Of a stretch of 64,000 nucleotides of DNA, positions 1 to 15,849 are shown piece by piece; the stretch's first letter is position 1; every line of letters starts with the position of its first letter. The stretch lies in contig NC_045696.1 of assembly GCF_009834535.1 (NCBI RefSeq), forward strand, positions 105,960,001 through 106,024,000, read 5' to 3'. The DNA comes from Camelus ferus. Its lineage: Eukaryota. The position numbers were made by a program, and so were the translations under genes. The notes under the pieces were generated by a model. It was given only the letters and a program-made list of their open reading frames with translations. It was not told where the DNA came from and searched no databases.

Positions 1-128
1 TTGATAGCATTCAACCTAATAGGTGTTGGCATTTTTTAAAAATAGGTGATTGCCAAGGATCGTGGGTCTACAGGATAGAAGAAATGTGATCTTGGTGAAT
101 TATAATTGGCGGCTTTTGATCTGGTCAT

Positions 129-313
129 CCAGTGGTTCTCAACCTGAGGCCTTCCATGGGGCATTTGGCGTTGTCTAAAGATTTTCTTGGTTGTCACAAC
201 TCAGGGAATGTTGCTCCTGACATGTAGTGAATAGAGTTCAGGGGCTGCTAAACTATCTGCATTGCACAGGACCATCCTTCTACAACAGAATAGTAAGAGG
301 GTTGAGAAACCGT
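129..313. mobile_element. MER20-like hAT DNA transposon (degenerate)
   Basis: Terminal inverted ends cagtggttctcaacc...ggttgagaaacc; internal ggggcatttggc...ttggttgtcacaac matches recalled MER20. Confidence 0.7.
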
Positions 314-519
314 GCTCTAATCTAAAACATCTATGTTATAAAGTTTGTCTTCTTTTCTTATAGCAGAAACTCAGGCACAAAATCTTAATGACTGACTTTT
401 GAGAATGCAGATAATGACTCGGCTTTTAGTTCAGAGGTTCTGGGGATTTACCTAGAATGTTTTTTTAGTAGAATGATTTAGAGTCTTTACAGCCTTCAAT
501 TTTAGGGAAGGAAAGAGCA

Positions 520-1995
520 AACTTTTTAAAAAACATTTCAAACTTACTGAAAACCTGGGAGAAGACTGCAAAGAATTCCTATATAGGTTTCATTTGGTTT
601 CCCTAACTGCTAACATTTTACCACATTCGTCTTATTGTCCTGTGTGTGTATACATTCTTTTCTGAATCATTTGAGATTAAGTTGCATACATCATGCTGTT
701 TTATCCTTTAATTCTTCAGTGTATATTTCCTAAAAGCAAAGACTTTCTCATATTTAACCAGATCAATTTATAAAAGTCAGGAAAATAATATTAATATAGT
801 TCTGTTGTCTAATCCACATACTCCATTCAGATTTAGTCAGTTATCTCAGTGATGTCCTTTATAAGTCCAGGTTCCAATCCAGGATGACTTGTTGTAAGTT
901 GTTGTCTTGTATTTTTATTTTCCTTCATTCTAAAGTAGTTCCTCAGTCTCTGACATTTTTTAAGAATATAGGCCAGTTACTTTGTAAAACGTCACTCAGT
1001 TTAGATTTGCCTAATGTTTCATCATGATCAGAGTCCAGCTGTGCATTTTTAGCATGAATATATTGAAATATGTTCTTACTACATTTTACTCAAAGGCAAA
1101 CAGTGTCAGTTTGTCCCATTAATGTTGATGTTAATTGTTGGTTAGGGTAGTATCTACTAGGTTTTGTAGTAAAGTTAATAATAAGTAAGTATTTTGTGGG
1201 CATATTTTGAGACTAAGTAAACACCCTGTTTCTCATCAAACTCTTCACCCACTTTTTAAAATATTTATTAGCACATCTTGCTTGAATCAGTATTACTACA
1301 GTGGTTTGCCAAGTGCTGATTTTCAGATTTATTTTCCTTTTGGATTTATTAGTTGGCTTATACTATAGAGGCTTTTCTTATCCCCCATTTATTTACTTCT
1401 AAAAAACTTCTAGTAGTGTGGATTTGTGATTTCTGTTTTATTTAATGTCTTATAATTAGTCATCACTGTCATTAAATTTGATGTTCAGATTTGACCCAGA
1501 TTTGGCCAATGGCAACCCATTTAGGTGTTCTCCTGTGTCTTTTTGACATCTCTCTATCATTATTTGAGCATTTCCTTCTCTCTGGTACAACACAGTGTTC
1601 CAGATTCCTCTGGTCTTTTCTCTACCCCAGTTTTGGATTCTGTCATTTCTCCAGGGAGTCCTGTTTTCCTTTTATTTATCAAAAATATTTAGAATCCAAG
1701 TTCTGGGCACTAGGAATGCTCATTGGTCCTGGCATGCAATTGCATCTAGGCGTTCTCATGAAACAAACTAAATAGTGTATTATATATGTGTTGACAGTAT
1801 AATATTTGGGCATATACAAGCACAAAGATATATTTCTTTATCTTTCTGTTAAAAACCATGCGTTCTTAATCAGAGGCTCTAATTTAGATTCACCACCACA
1901 GGATATTTTTTTCTATCTTTTGCCTTAGTATATTTTAAATTACTTTTTCTAACAGTGAGAAATCTGAATTCCTATTAACCTTAATATATTTGCTT
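520..1995 (-). mobile_element. Old L1 (L1M-type) 3' fragments
   Basis: T-rich, diverged antisense L1 3'UTR-like motifs; boundaries approximate. Confidence 0.5.
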
Positions 1996-3009
1996 ATTTG
2001 CTCAATTTTCTGCTTGTAATCAATCTCCCAGTCATAAAACCATCTTCCCAGTTGCTGTCCCAACAAGCCCTGACTGCATGGGCTGTCTCATCCCCAGCTA
2101 TGTGTTGGTCAAGCCCCAGTCTGGCCAACACATAGTTAATTCTATCCTTGGCATGTCCTCTGCTAACACTGTTTTGAGTTTCTAGCACCTTTGAATATGG
2201 CTGATAATTTTTCCAGCCCCCACTCCACCATCCTCAATAGGGAAGGGGAAAAAGCCCTAGCCTTTTTTCATGTGCTTACAGTGAGTTGTATATGTTTTGT
2301 TTTATTTTGGTCAGTAATCACTATTATATCATAGCATGTGTATGATTTTGAAAAAATCTAAACACAGAAACAAAGTAGAGAATATGGGTGTTAATTTTCA
2401 TTGTTTTCCACCATTATCTTATTTTAATTTAAGCTTTTGAACATGTGTATAAGTTCACCAGTTACACTACAGTGTACTTTTTCATTACTGATTTTTTTGG
2501 CTTTTGTAAAAGAATGTAAGATTCTGTGTTTTTTGGGCTTCCAACCACATTTCTCATAGTTTTTTGTTTTTACCTTGGCATTATTCAGTGCTGTGCTTTT
2601 CATAGCTCAGTAAACAATCACAGTACAGTTATACAGCTAACCCCCTGCTCTTCCCTGTTAGTTTACTCCTAGGTCTTCAGGATATTTACTTACGGTAGGT
2701 CTGTAGGGTCTAATTTTGATCTATGAAGTTATAGTAGGTCTGCTAGCTTTTTGCACATTTAACTTAACAGCAGTCTGCCTTTCTCTGGCATGAACAATTT
2801 ATAGTGTGGTGTTTGTAGTAACAGGTCTCACTTTTATATGTAAGTGTAGGACTTTCATTTTCAAATTCTGATTGTCATTTTTCAAAGAAACTTGGTCAGG
2901 TTTGTAAAATAGAGCTTACCCTTTTTAGATTGAAGCTCTGAATATAAAACCACTGTAATCATCATGCATAGAGAGTGGTGTGTAAGTGTGTGTGTGTATG
3001 TGTGTTTAA

Positions 3010-4760
3010 TAAGACTTTATTTTGTTAAGAGCAATTTTAGATTCACAGCAAAATTGGGAGGAACATACAAAGATTTCCCATATATCCCTACGCCTGCACA
3101 TGTATAGCCTCCCTCATTATCAACATCACTCGCCAGAATGGTACATTTATTACTAAGGATGAATCTACATCAACACACCATAATCACTCAAAGTCCAGTT
3201 TACCTTAGATTTCATTCTTGGTGCTATGCATTCTGTGGGTTTGGACCCAATGTATAATGCTGTGTATCCATCGTTACAATATCCTATCAAGTATTTTCAT
3301 CGTCCAGAAGATCTTCTGTGCTCTGCCTGTTCATTCCCTTACCCTAGCTCCTGCCCTTGGGCAACCACTGATCACTGTGTTGTCTCCATAATTTTGCCTT
3401 TTTTCAGAAGGTCATAGTTGGAATCATACCACATGTAGCCTTTTTAGATTGGCTTCTTTTACTTAGTAATACACATTTAAGTTTCTTCCATGGCTTTTTG
3501 TGGCATGATAGCTCATTTCTTTTAGTGCTAAATAATATTCCATCGTCTGTATATATTACAGTTTATCCATTCACCTACTGAAGAACATCTTGTTTACTTC
3601 CAAGTTTGGCAGTTTTGAATAAAGCTTCCATAAATATCTGTTTGCAGGTTTTTGTGTGGGCGTAAGTTTTCAACTCCTTTTGGTAGATAACCAAGGAGCG
3701 TGAGTACTGGATTGTATGGTAAAAGTATGTTTAGTTTTGTTAAGAAACCACCAAACTATCTTCCTATGTGATAGTAGTATTTTGCGTTCCCACCAGCAAT
3801 AAGAGTTGCTGTACATCCTCAGCAGAATTTGATGTTGTCAGTGTGCTGGATTTGGGCCATTCCAGTAGGTGTGTAGTCTTATTTTATTTTTGTTTTAGTT
3901 TGCTTTTCCTTGATGACATATGATGTTAAGTATCTTTTCATATGTTTATTTGGCGTGTGTATGTCTTATTTGATGAGGTGTCTATTTAGGTCTTTGATCC
4001 ATATTTTTGTCTGGTTGTTTGTTTTCTTGTTGAGTTTTAGGAGTTCTTTGTGTATTTTCCTTTATCAGATATGTCTTTTGCAAACATTTTCTTCCGGTGT
4101 TGCTGGCTTATCACTTCTTTCATTGATGGATCATGCATTTGGTGTTACATGTTAAAAGTTATCTCCAAACCCAGGTCATCTAGATCTTCACCTGTGTTTT
4201 CTTCTGGAAGTTTTATAGTTTTGCGTTTCACGTTTATTTTTACCTAAGTTGGGTAGTGTCAGTCCTTCAATCTTGTTCTTTCTTTTTCAGTATTGTGTTG
4301 ACTATTCTGAGTCTTTTGCCCTTCTGTATAAACTTTTGAATCAGTTTGTTGATATCTAGAAAATAACTTACCAGGATTTTGATTGGGTTTGAATTGAATC
4401 TGTTGATACTGAGAAAAACTGATGTCTTGACAATATTGAGTCTTTCTATCCACGAACATAGAATGTATCTCCATTTATTTAATTCTTTGATTATTTTCAT
4501 CAGAGTTCTGAGTTTTCCTCATATAGATCTTGTACATATTTTGTTAATTTTATACCTGTTTCCTTATTTGGGGATGCTAATGTAAATGTTACTGTGTTTT
4601 TAATTTCAAATTCCACTTGTTTATTGCTGATACATAAGAAAGTGATACGCTTTTATACATTGACCTTGTATCCCAGTTGCTGTAATTGCTTATTAGTTCT
4701 AGCAGTGTTTCTGTTGATCTCAGGTTTTCTACATAGACAATCATGTCATCCTAATTCTTT
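3010..4760 (-). mobile_element. L1MC-like LINE-1, 3'UTR plus ORF2 remnant
   Basis: Minus-strand ORF 4267-4500 (ELNKWRYILCSWIERLNIVK...NPIKI...KLIQKFI) resembles L1 ORF2; 3' end agcaattttagattcacagcaaaattg is L1MC-like. Confidence 0.85.
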
Positions 4761-4990
4761 TTTACATATGTGTACACTATTTTGAATTTCATTACTTTAG
4801 AAAATTGTTTAATGTTTATATGAAATCCTAGATAAAAATAATTTCAAGTACAAAATAATATACTAATATAATGTAAATCCTTATATAGAATCTTGTCAGA
4901 TAATTCTGGAGATTTGGGGGTGGGGGAATAATACATTTTTGCCTAAATAGTATAGTTCTTTAAGTATGGGGAAATATATCTCTTTCTTTT

Positions 4991-5113
4991 TTAGTGGGGG
5001 GAGGGTTAATTAGGTTTATTCATTTATTTATTTTTAATGGAGATACTGGGACTTGAACCCAGGACCTATTGCATGCTATGCACAGACTGTACCACTGAGC
5101 TATACCCTCCCCC
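4991..5113 (-). mobile_element. tRNA-derived SINE (camelid Vic-1-like)
   Basis: Reverse complement gggggagggtatagctcagtggtacag...ggttcaagtcccagtatctcc contains Pol III A and B boxes; TSD ctctttctttt at 4980-4990 and 5114-5124. Confidence 0.85.
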
Positions 5114-5645
5114 CTCTTTCTTTTAATAATAGTATAATTCAGAGTGTGGATCCAGAAAATAGTATGGACTGTTTTTATTTTAATTTATTCTTGTAAGGAT
5201 TGGGAAGGATAATAGGATAGCTGTATTGTTGTCGTTGTTGAGTTTTACTTAAGATTCTGGGCTTAATCTAAATGGTTTAATGCCTCTGAGCCAAGTAGGC
5301 ACCTCTTACACTTTTTTAAAACTTTATATGTTTGGTTCATCTTTGCTATTGTTTGTTTTTTCTTTATAGAAATTGAAAGTTTAAAAAGGAGAAACTCAGT
5401 TCACGTAATGATTTCTTCTTAATCCAAATTACAGTTCTGCCACCTAGTGTTTACACATGGATTTTTTAAAAAACAGTATTTATTTTTTCTTCCTTTTAAA
5501 ACACTGAGAATAGTTTTTTCCTTCATTCTTGGCTTACACATATTCAGCAATAAAAGGGGACCCACCTTTATTAATCTTTTTAAAAGAATTAGATTGTTAA
5601 TATCTTACATTTTAAAGCTAATAAATTGTGTCTAAATTCATTGTA

Positions 5646-5815
5646 TAGTTGACCCTTGAACAGCATGGGTTTGAACTGCACACGTCCACTCACAAGTGGA
5701 TTGTTTGCAGTAACCCTGTACGATAGTACTACATGAATCATGGTTGGTTGAATCCTTGGATTCTGGGATTTTCGACTGCTTTAGGGGTTCACACCCATAA
5801 CCCATATGTTCAAGA
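5646..5815. mobile_element. Tigger2/MER8-like Tc1-mariner MITE fragment
   Basis: agttgacccttgaacagcatgggtttgaactgcac...ggttggttgaatcc; similar to the copy at 49325-49551. Confidence 0.65.
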
Positions 5816-5872
5816 TTTGCCCATGATGTTTTACACAATTCAGTTCTGTAATGAGTAATTTTACTTCCTTAG

Positions 5873-6112
<240 letters not shown>

Positions 6113-9048
6113 TGATTTCATGAAAATTGTCCTTTTCTCCATAGGTATGTTTCCATAGGTTGGATAATTTTCTGCAGAAGAAATTTTGAAATTTTAAACT
6201 CTTATATATACTATTAATGGTAGACCAGAAAGTTTTAAGATTTAAAAATCCCAGATTCTGGGTAGGTTTTCTATATATTTTAGTAAAGGTAATTAAAACT
6301 TTGATCTTGGTGTAATTATCTATAATTACTACCAGCATGTGGTGGGTCCTGGGCTACTTCTAACAGTTTCATCAATGAACTCCAGAATTTTAATCTAAAG
6401 ACCCTTTGCAGTAAGTGTTCTAAAATGAATATGTATTGTTTGAAAATTACTTCTATTTGTAGAAGTTAATATTTTAGAGCATAAACCATTCAGATTAATT
6501 TAACATTTATATAAGTTGGGCAATGTTGATGAATGTTTGCCTTTAGGCAGAATGGAAAAAGGGAAAAAAATTTTTTTGCTCTAAAAAAGTCACTAAATTT
6601 TAGCTGCTTGATTTAATTTTCAAGACTGAAAAAGCACTGACATTATTAAATTCACTTGGTTATCAGTGGTCTAGAGAAAGATCCTTGAAATGGCTTTTTA
6701 ATCAGAATGAATACATTTGGCATATTAAAATAATTACACTTATTCACCTTACTTACTCAAATTCACCTGATCTTTTAAAAAATTTTTTTGTCGTATTAAA
6801 TCTATAATGACTTTAAAAAACTTAGTCAAGAAATACATATTTATTTTAATTGTGTATTTTTAAAATCTTTGATTTTATTGTTTTACTTTTCAAATTAAGT
6901 TTAGAAAGGATTTCTTCTGAGTTTATTTCTAGTGTCTAAAGATTTTTTTGGAATCATTTTACAAAATTGTCTTATGTGTCTTGTTTAAAACTGTTTTCAC
7001 AGTTAGACCATTTAAAAATTACTTACTCTGAAAAGAAAATACTTTTGTCATTTAGATAGGTTTTAATTGTTCTGACATAGTTATCCTCTAACCACTTATT
7101 TATTTAAATTCAAGATTAATTTTCTATGAATCCTCGTAATGGTTGAATATATAATACAAGCATTTTTAGTGGGCATATTTGCCTACGTCTCATGAATAGT
7201 ATTCAGTTCTAAGTGCCTATCCAAGAAATGCATCATATTATTATTTTGTATAGAATTAGAGTAGAAAAAATTTCTTTCTGAGAGTGAGGTTTCCTATGGC
7301 AACTGTCAGAAAATGGAATGAGCCAATTCAGGCTTAATATTTCTTTATTTGAACCCCAGGGACAGAAAATTTTACACTCAGCAATTTTGTACACTTGTCT
7401 CATTTTCATGAGTGAATCTAAGGTGTTTTTCTCAGATATACCTTAAATTCCTCCATTTTGGTAGAAGGAAGTCAGTAGTGTCACTTAATATGCATATAGA
7501 AATACCTAAATGTGTGTAAGCAAGTATAGGAAAGCGTGAATTTCACAACCCTAATCCCTCCTTTTAGTAGTCTAGGGAGTAACAGTCAATGGAATAAAAA
7601 GTGGTGTGTTTTGGCCTCTCCCCCAACACCATCCCATTACCAGTTACAGCGACCTGGTACAAGAGACTGTAAACTGTGTTTTCAGTAAGTTGACTACTTA
7701 AAAGAAGTGGAGAGTCAGAGCCTGGTGCAAATTTGTATTCTGATTCTACAGGCATAAGCCATGGGTGAAAATTTTGTAGAGGAGTTATCTCCCATTAATC
7801 CACAGGAAAATACTCTGTTGGCATACTGCAGAAGGGGTTTCAGTAGTCTGTGCATTGGATTAATTAGGTAATTAATTAGTCAGCACTTCACTTTTTATAT
7901 GACTGAGTCAGATTTCCCTTCCCTGTTTGCTTCTGTAACTTTCCCAAACTGAAGTGGTGAGTTTTGGTAATTTATTTAATTATTTGTTTATATTATTGAT
8001 TTAATAATTGTAAATAAGCTCACCAAATGTAATTACTTTTCAGTGGTCGGGCTATTTGTAATTCACAACCTAGTTGAACGTCTAGTATTACAGGATATTA
8101 TCTGTCCTTTGCTGTACTGTTTTTGTGGAGCAGTGTATTCCACATGTTAACTGGGGATGGCAGGAGTTTTTTTAAACTATTGTTTCAGACCTTCAGGAAG
8201 AGGTCCTCTTTATCCTTAATGAAGGCTCCTGATTCATTAGGGCCTTGGGGAAAAGTGGGCAGGGGGCCACATCAGTGATAAAAGTGTGGAGAAGTAGGTG
8301 TTATATCTTTAAAACAGTATTTCTCAAAGTTTCTTCATTATTACACTCCTTAGGAGCCTTCTTAGATATTTTCCCCCTACCAGCCCCGTCCCCATGGAAT
8401 TTTAGTACCACAGATGAGTATATGTCTGCTTATGTACTGTATGCACATATGTACTTCACACATTAAAAGAACAAGTATGAAGCTTATTCTTTTTATTCAG
8501 TGTAAGTCTAAGAATAATTAAACCAGAATTTAAGGTAAATGTTAAAATACAAAAACTAACATTTCACTGTATTTGTTGAATAACTTTGATGTGATTTATT
8601 ATGTAAAATGTAAAATGTTAGCAGTTTATGTAAATACACTAATAATAACAGTGCAGTCAAATTTTTTAAATTATTCAAAGGTGGTATTTTTCTGCTAATG
8701 TAAAACATTAAAAAATTAAGTTCATTAAAAAATTATCTTTAGTGAACTCAACTTTTGAATTTGCTTCATGTGAGAAAATACCTTTTAACCTATTATTCAT
8801 TTAGATATTACTGACTTTTTTTTTGGCACTTGACATAATTAATGAGAGGTTCAATAATTTACAGAATTAAAGTAATAAAATGTAAATTGTATTTACACAG
8901 TTGTCAAAGCTCAGGTCTCACAAAAGCTTGAACAACAAACAACAAGGCAGTCAGCAGGTACTTGCAGGTCTCCTCTTTCAACATGATTTTGAGATTGAGC
9001 GGTCATTTGAGAGAAAAGCCTTGAGTCATTGCCATCTACTTGCCATAT

Positions 9049-9312
9049 ATATATATATATGTATATATAGTTGGTTTACAGTATTGTGTTAGTTTCTTGT
9101 GTACAGCATATTGATTCAGTTATATTTATATATATTTTCATATTCTTTTTATTACAGGTTATTATAAATTATTAAATAATAGTTTCCTGGGCTACACAGT
9201 AGGACTTTGTTGTTTTTTTATTTTATATATAGTAGCTTGTATCTGCTAATCCTAAACTCCTAATTCACCCCCCCATCCCCTTTGGCAAATATAAGTTGTT
9301 TGTTTTCTGTGT
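9049..9312 (-). mobile_element. 5'-truncated L1 3' end (cetartiodactyl-type)
   Basis: tagttggtttacagtattgtgttagtttc... antisense L1 terminus; TSD cttgccatat at 9039-9048 and 9313-9322. Confidence 0.75.
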
Positions 9313-9545
9313 CTTGCCATATTTTTATAGCTCTGATCATACATACATTTTGTGTATCTTCCTTGGACTTGATGTCAGTGCTACTTATGTGATACCCAAG
9401 AAAACTTGATGACGTAAATCAAATATTAAGGAATAAGATTTTGTCAGACAGGATTGAGCTTTGGAGGGCTGCAAATCATAATTAGCAAAAAAATTTTTCC
9501 CCTTGCCTCCATAACCACTTTTCTTCTCACTTACCATCCCTGATA

Positions 9546-9585
9546 AGAATGCATGCTATAAATATAGAATGCATGCTATAAATAT
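9546..9585. repeat. Perfect 20-bp tandem duplication
   Basis: agaatgcatgctataaatat x2. Confidence 0.95.
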
Positions 9586-10270
9586 ATCAAAACCATGGGA
9601 AGAAGAGACTCTTTCTTGCCAGAAGTGACCCTGATGAGTCTCAGTGTGTCCTGATGTAAGGCAGATAAGAGTCCTTTTTGGTGATTTGGGTTTTTTATCC
9701 TATGTCTAGATGATTGCTAGGTGGCATGTGTAAGTGGGAGACTGGCTTATTTAGCTTGTGTATAGGAAATAAACTAGATTCTGTTTATTTCTTGTGGGTT
9801 ACTTATTATGATTTAAAAGGTTTAAACTTGTTATGGTCAATGAAGTTTTGTTAAGTGATAGACATTCTTAAAAATATTAAGAACTAAAAGTAAACTCCCT
9901 TAAGATAATTTTATATTGAGTTACTAATGAACTTTTTATATGTAAATTGCCTGTTATTAAGCTGAGCCTTGCAGCTTTTATTTATAGTTTGAATTTTACC
10001 TTTAGATATTTCTTGATCATTTCTCTCTCCTCCTCTCTGTCTTCTTATCCTCACCTCCCTCTCTCTCTCTCCCTGCCTTCCCTCCTTTCTTTGCTTTAAA
10101 TAATTATTAAATGGCTAATGATTGTAGAATTCATATACTGTGTGTCATTCTACTTCCATGTAAGTATATAATAGCTTTTTTACTTGCTTATCTATAGAAT
10201 ATGTCAAAAGCGACAATCTTTATTAATCTATATTAACAAGAATGGATTTTTGCAGCCTCAGTAATTGTAA

Positions 10271-10579
<309 letters not shown>

Positions 10580-10699
10580 TAAGAAAGGAAAAGGCTAGGA
10601 ATGCTTCACAGTCCAAAGCATTTGTTCCCTCCACCCTCACACTCTTCAGTCTCTCATGTTTACTCTGTATTATAAAACAAAAAACAAACAAAAACTGGA

Positions 10700-11225
10700 T
10701 CTGGTGGTCCCCAAGTCACCCTCAGTTTCCATGGCTCAGCATGTAGTCGCTCTTGACAAGATTTATTACAGCAAAAAGGTACAGAGCAGAATTGATTGGC
10801 ATGGCAGAGGAGAAAGATTTATTGGGCACAATCTGGAAGAAACCAGGAAGAAGCTTTGGAGTCACATTAAACACACTTAATTCCCTCAGCAACAAGTTGT
10901 AACAACACACCTGAAATGTCTACCAGGGACGCTCATTAGAGACTTAGTGACCAGGGTTTTTTTTTGGGGGGGTGGGCTGGTCACATAAGCTCCCTTTGCC
11001 TAACATATACCAAAATTCTAGACTCCCAGAAGGAGATGGATGTTGAGCATAAACTGTATTGTTTGCAAAAACTGTTTAGGCACAGTGAGCCATTCTTACG
11101 TGTTAGGGTGGTGGGAAGCCTTCCTAAATCTATGCTCCTTGATGCCAGTCAAGGGCTAACCTTGTAAGAATGCTTTTTCAGAGGATAGCAGTCAGGCTTG
11201 CTGCTATATTAAACGCTTTTCTGTC
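10700..11225. mobile_element. Solo LTR, MER21-like
   Basis: ccccaagtcaccctcag...agatttattacagcaaaaaggtacagagcagaat...ccaaaattctagactcccagaagg resembles recalled MER21. Confidence 0.55.
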
Positions 11226-12971
11226 CACTACCCAGAATTAAGAAATTAATATTTGTCTTTTTTTTTTTAAGTTTTTATTTTAAAGCAAGTAAGTTACAGT
11301 TAAAGTCCTTGTAGTTTCCTTACCCAGCCCTGAACACTTTCACTTCCCAGAGGCAACTGTTACCATGAATTTGGTGTATATCCTTCTATACTACATCTTT
11401 CTGTTTTTAACCACATTTGTATATTTATAAAAATACAGATATTGGATAATATTGTACATTTAAAAATCACCCAAATGTGTTGCCATATGCATTGTTTTAA
11501 TTTTCCTTTTTTAATTCAACATTAGGTTCTTGAGGTCAGTCTCTCCTGTGAGGTATAAATGTAGTTTATTCCTTTCACTACTGTGTAATGTTCTGTCATA
11601 GGGATATATCTTATCTACTCCATTACCGTACTGAGGAACAGTTTAAATTTTCTCCAGATTTCCCTATTGTAAATAATGCTGCAGTGAACATGCTTGTACA
11701 GTCCCTTTTGGATAGTACATGTGTGAGAATCTATAGGATTTATTTGATGAAATGTCATTATTGCAACAGTCTCAGACAATGAGCATTTTCAGGTTTATCC
11801 ATTTTCTAGCTTCAAAATGAGGGGTTATACTTTACAGCTATTTGAAGAAACAGAAGTTACCAGAAAATTAGGTGTACTATGCTCCTTTTTTTTTTTTCTT
11901 TTTCTTTTTAAAATAAACCATACATGTTTAAAATTGTGTGATATCCAAATGAAATTACACAAACTCTTCAATAGTGGCTATTTTGGGAGGAGTGAAATAT
12001 GAAATGTAAGGAAAGAGGAAACCTCTTCTATTTTTATACTTCCATCTTTTACACCTTTTATAGGTTTTATAGATAGTTTTAAGAAATGAGGCCACCAGCT
12101 GTTCCTCAGTTTCCCTGAGTTTGCATTGGAGACCTGAGAGGGAGGGGCTACTTGGGCCCCCTTGGGCTGAAGTGTTTTTCTTAAATGTATTGATTTCTAG
12201 GAGGAGATTACTATGATCCCCATGCTCCATATAGGTAATTCTGATGCAGCATCCTATGTTAAATTTTCTGGTTATGAAGTTTTTTCCTGGTATGTCCAGG
12301 AAAAAGTATCCTAGATTTCAGTCCCAAGTCTGCTTTAGACTGCATCTTAACCATTTATTGTCTTAAGACAACAGTCACTGAGTAGAGGACTTGGGATTCG
12401 TATCTTACTGACTCCTGGAATTGACCCTGATGGGGAGTGTGTTTACATGTGAATGGTTTAGAGATGGATATGAAATAGAGAACCCCAACCTTAATTAATT
12501 CAGCTCATTTAATTATAATATTTTGTTACATTAACTCAGTGAATCATTTCCCACTTATAAACTCCTTATCCTTCAAACTATTTGAAGTTAAGATTTTAAT
12601 TGTTCATTCATTAACTGGAAGAAGAAATTACTTAACCCTAATAATAGGAAAGGAAAATAAATTGCTAAAGTACTGATAGAACTTGTATTTTAAAAAGCTG
12701 GTTGGTTGACTGAGTATGTAACTTTTTCAGCATGATCAGAAAACTTACCTAATTTTTTTGTGACTTTGGTCTGCCATATCAACCTAGTTAATTTAATACA
12801 AATGTCCCATATATCTGTTCTTTTCTCCTTTTCAACCCCCCTCCTGCCCATCAGAAATCCTCAGCTTTTCTTGTGTTACTATAACAGTGAAACAGTGAGT
12901 GTAAGCATGTAACAAGCTTGACCCACCAGAACTGTTGTGTTTCAGTAAGTTAGTATTTGATAGTTTGATAG

Positions 12972-13178
<207 letters not shown>

Positions 13179-14376
13179 TAAGTCTTTTATATTTCAAATT
13201 GAGTCCACCTTGTGCTTTTGTAAATATTAATCAGCGTAATACAGGAAATTTAGCGAAACAGGCAGGTGCTTTAGGTTTTTCTAAGCCATCTGTAACATTT
13301 ATGCTTTCTTGGTATCTTCTACTACTTTTTAATAGCCAGACTCTTAATTTTCATGATTTGCCAAAGTAATTCAGATAGGTCAGATAATAACTGTTTTTAT
13401 TATAATAATTATTTCCACTGCTAATAATTATTATAATGTATTGCTATTTTCCAGTAAAGGGTCCTTACCATGTTTAATACACTTGGACTAGAAACAGACT
13501 TCCTCCAGAAGGTTGTGGAAAGTAGTATCATTGTTGCTACTATTGCATAAATAAAGATTTTAAAGCTTTCCTGTGATAGCAGCAACTTCATTTTTCAGTT
13601 CTTCCTAACTAGGTAATTTTCAGGAATACATGAACCTTATTTCACCAACTTTACATAGGAATAAAATCAGGAAAGAGAACTAAAGTTCTTTTGTTTCCTA
13701 GGAAAATTTTCAGTTCCTTATTTCTGACTCTGTACTTGGACATTTTTTGATATTTTCATCTGGACTTCAGAGTATTGCAGCTAATCATTAACAGAAGAAA
13801 ATATCTTTTCTTTTTTGTGGCTAAGTTTCTTAATGAAAATAAGCTGTTACAGTACTTTGATATTAATTTTAAGGGTTATATTTCTGAATCTTGATTTCTT
13901 TATTACTCATAGAGTTTTTCCTTTCTTATTTTTAACTTCTGTTTTCTCATCAGTTTCAATCTTTTTATTTTTAAATCCCTCAAGGAATAACATAATAAGG
14001 TATTCTTTCCTTTTTCAAATGTGTACACCATTCTTTGTGTGAGAAAAAAATCTAATAGAACCTAATTGAGGGATTAGTCAATTGTGGTCGGAGTCAGATC
14101 TATGTTTCATCTTAATTGTCTCTAAATTGGTAACATTACCATTTCACTCCAGAAAACAAGTAAGATGAGAAAACCTTGAATTTCTTGGAATAAACAATTA
14201 ATTAATGATAAAATCTTGTATCTTTTTGAACTACAGTGTTTAAAGAATTGGAAATTTGTGCATCACACAAGATGATGTGTTCTTTCGTTTGATTAGCATC
14301 ATAAGTTAGTTTCATAATAGCATAAAGAAATCAGTATTTTTATTAGGTGATCTAAAGTGTTTGAAAAACCATTTAA

Positions 14377-14583
<207 letters not shown>

Positions 14584-15849
14584 TAGAAGTTTCAGTAACT
14601 GAACCCAGTTACTACATTTTTTAACCAAAATTTAAGCCAAGAAATGAAGTTTAACTAATTTTAACAGAAGAGTATTAATTGAATGCTAGCTGAAAAATTA
14701 GCCAGGATTCCTCATAGTATCTATATTAATACTGTGCCTTAAATTTCAGTAGGAAATACCTATTTAAACATGTTTAACAATGGGTTTGATGGTAACAAAG
14801 GTTATGAAATCCTTAGACACTCTTTTTTCTTATCTCTGAGTTACTCTTTCCAGTAATATTTATGTTTACATGCTCTGCCATTTGTTTCAAACTGAGATAT
14901 TTTGACACCTAAGTCCGTTGGTGTTAACAGCTTCTGGAGTGCAGAATCCTCAAGGTGTTTTTTCAAACTATACATACCTGCCTGAGATTGTGATACTCTG
15001 CCACATCTTCCTAAGCCTTCATTTTCTAATCATTGCAGATGTTGAGATATTAGTGATATTAATAGGTCAGATATTAAATGCTTACTTTATACCAGTAACC
15101 ATACCAAGTATTTTAAGCATGTTACTTCACTCTCCTAATAATGTGCCACAACACTGTCTGGATTTGACAAGGCGAAAGACCAAGGCTCCAAGAAATTAAG
15201 TTACTTTAGCCTAAAACCCCACAACTTAGTGAAGGAGTAAGTTTCAATCTTAGATCTGTCCAGCTATAAAACTAAATCTCTTTATTATACTGGGAGTTTT
15301 CAAACCTTTTTAGCAGTACAACTTTCTTTTTTAAATCAAAAGTTAAAGATAGATCCATTATATAAAATAGACAATAATGTGATTTTGTCACCGTAAATGT
15401 ATTTCTGAAGCTAAAGTAAAACATAAGCCATTAAATAGAAACATGAAGCTGTTTTACTAAACACAGGATTTTGCTGGGTTTATTGTTGACAGTTGTCTCA
15501 ATTCCCAGTTATTTGTGTATTTTGTTTTGGAGATAATCTTGATTTATACAGCTAAGTAATTGCAAATAGTAATGGTTTTTAAATTGCTTTCTTGCAAATG
15601 AGAAAGCATAACCATGGCCCAGGCTTGGTTTACTGGTGGTTTCTTGGTCCTCTGAAGGATGAGTGAGAGCAGTTCTGCCATCAAAGTAAAGCAGCCCCGT
15701 ATTAGCTTCCTCATGCTGGAATCCTTCATTGACAGATAGCAACACTATGCTCTTGTTCTCTAGCAGTAACTTTTCCTGAATTGAGTATCATCTAACCTAA
15801 CACAAGAGAGTAATGTTCAGCAGGCAATAGTAGGTATTTGTTAATTTTT

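Noticed and set aside
4991..5113. tRNA-like A/B-box sequences (also 22076, 46537, 47758, 60807)
   Set aside because: They carry SINE-specific tails and TSDs; not tRNA genes.
1..5872. Search for the short upstream PIK3CB exon (IIEKAAEIASSDSANVS)
   Set aside because: Not found; presumably before the window start.
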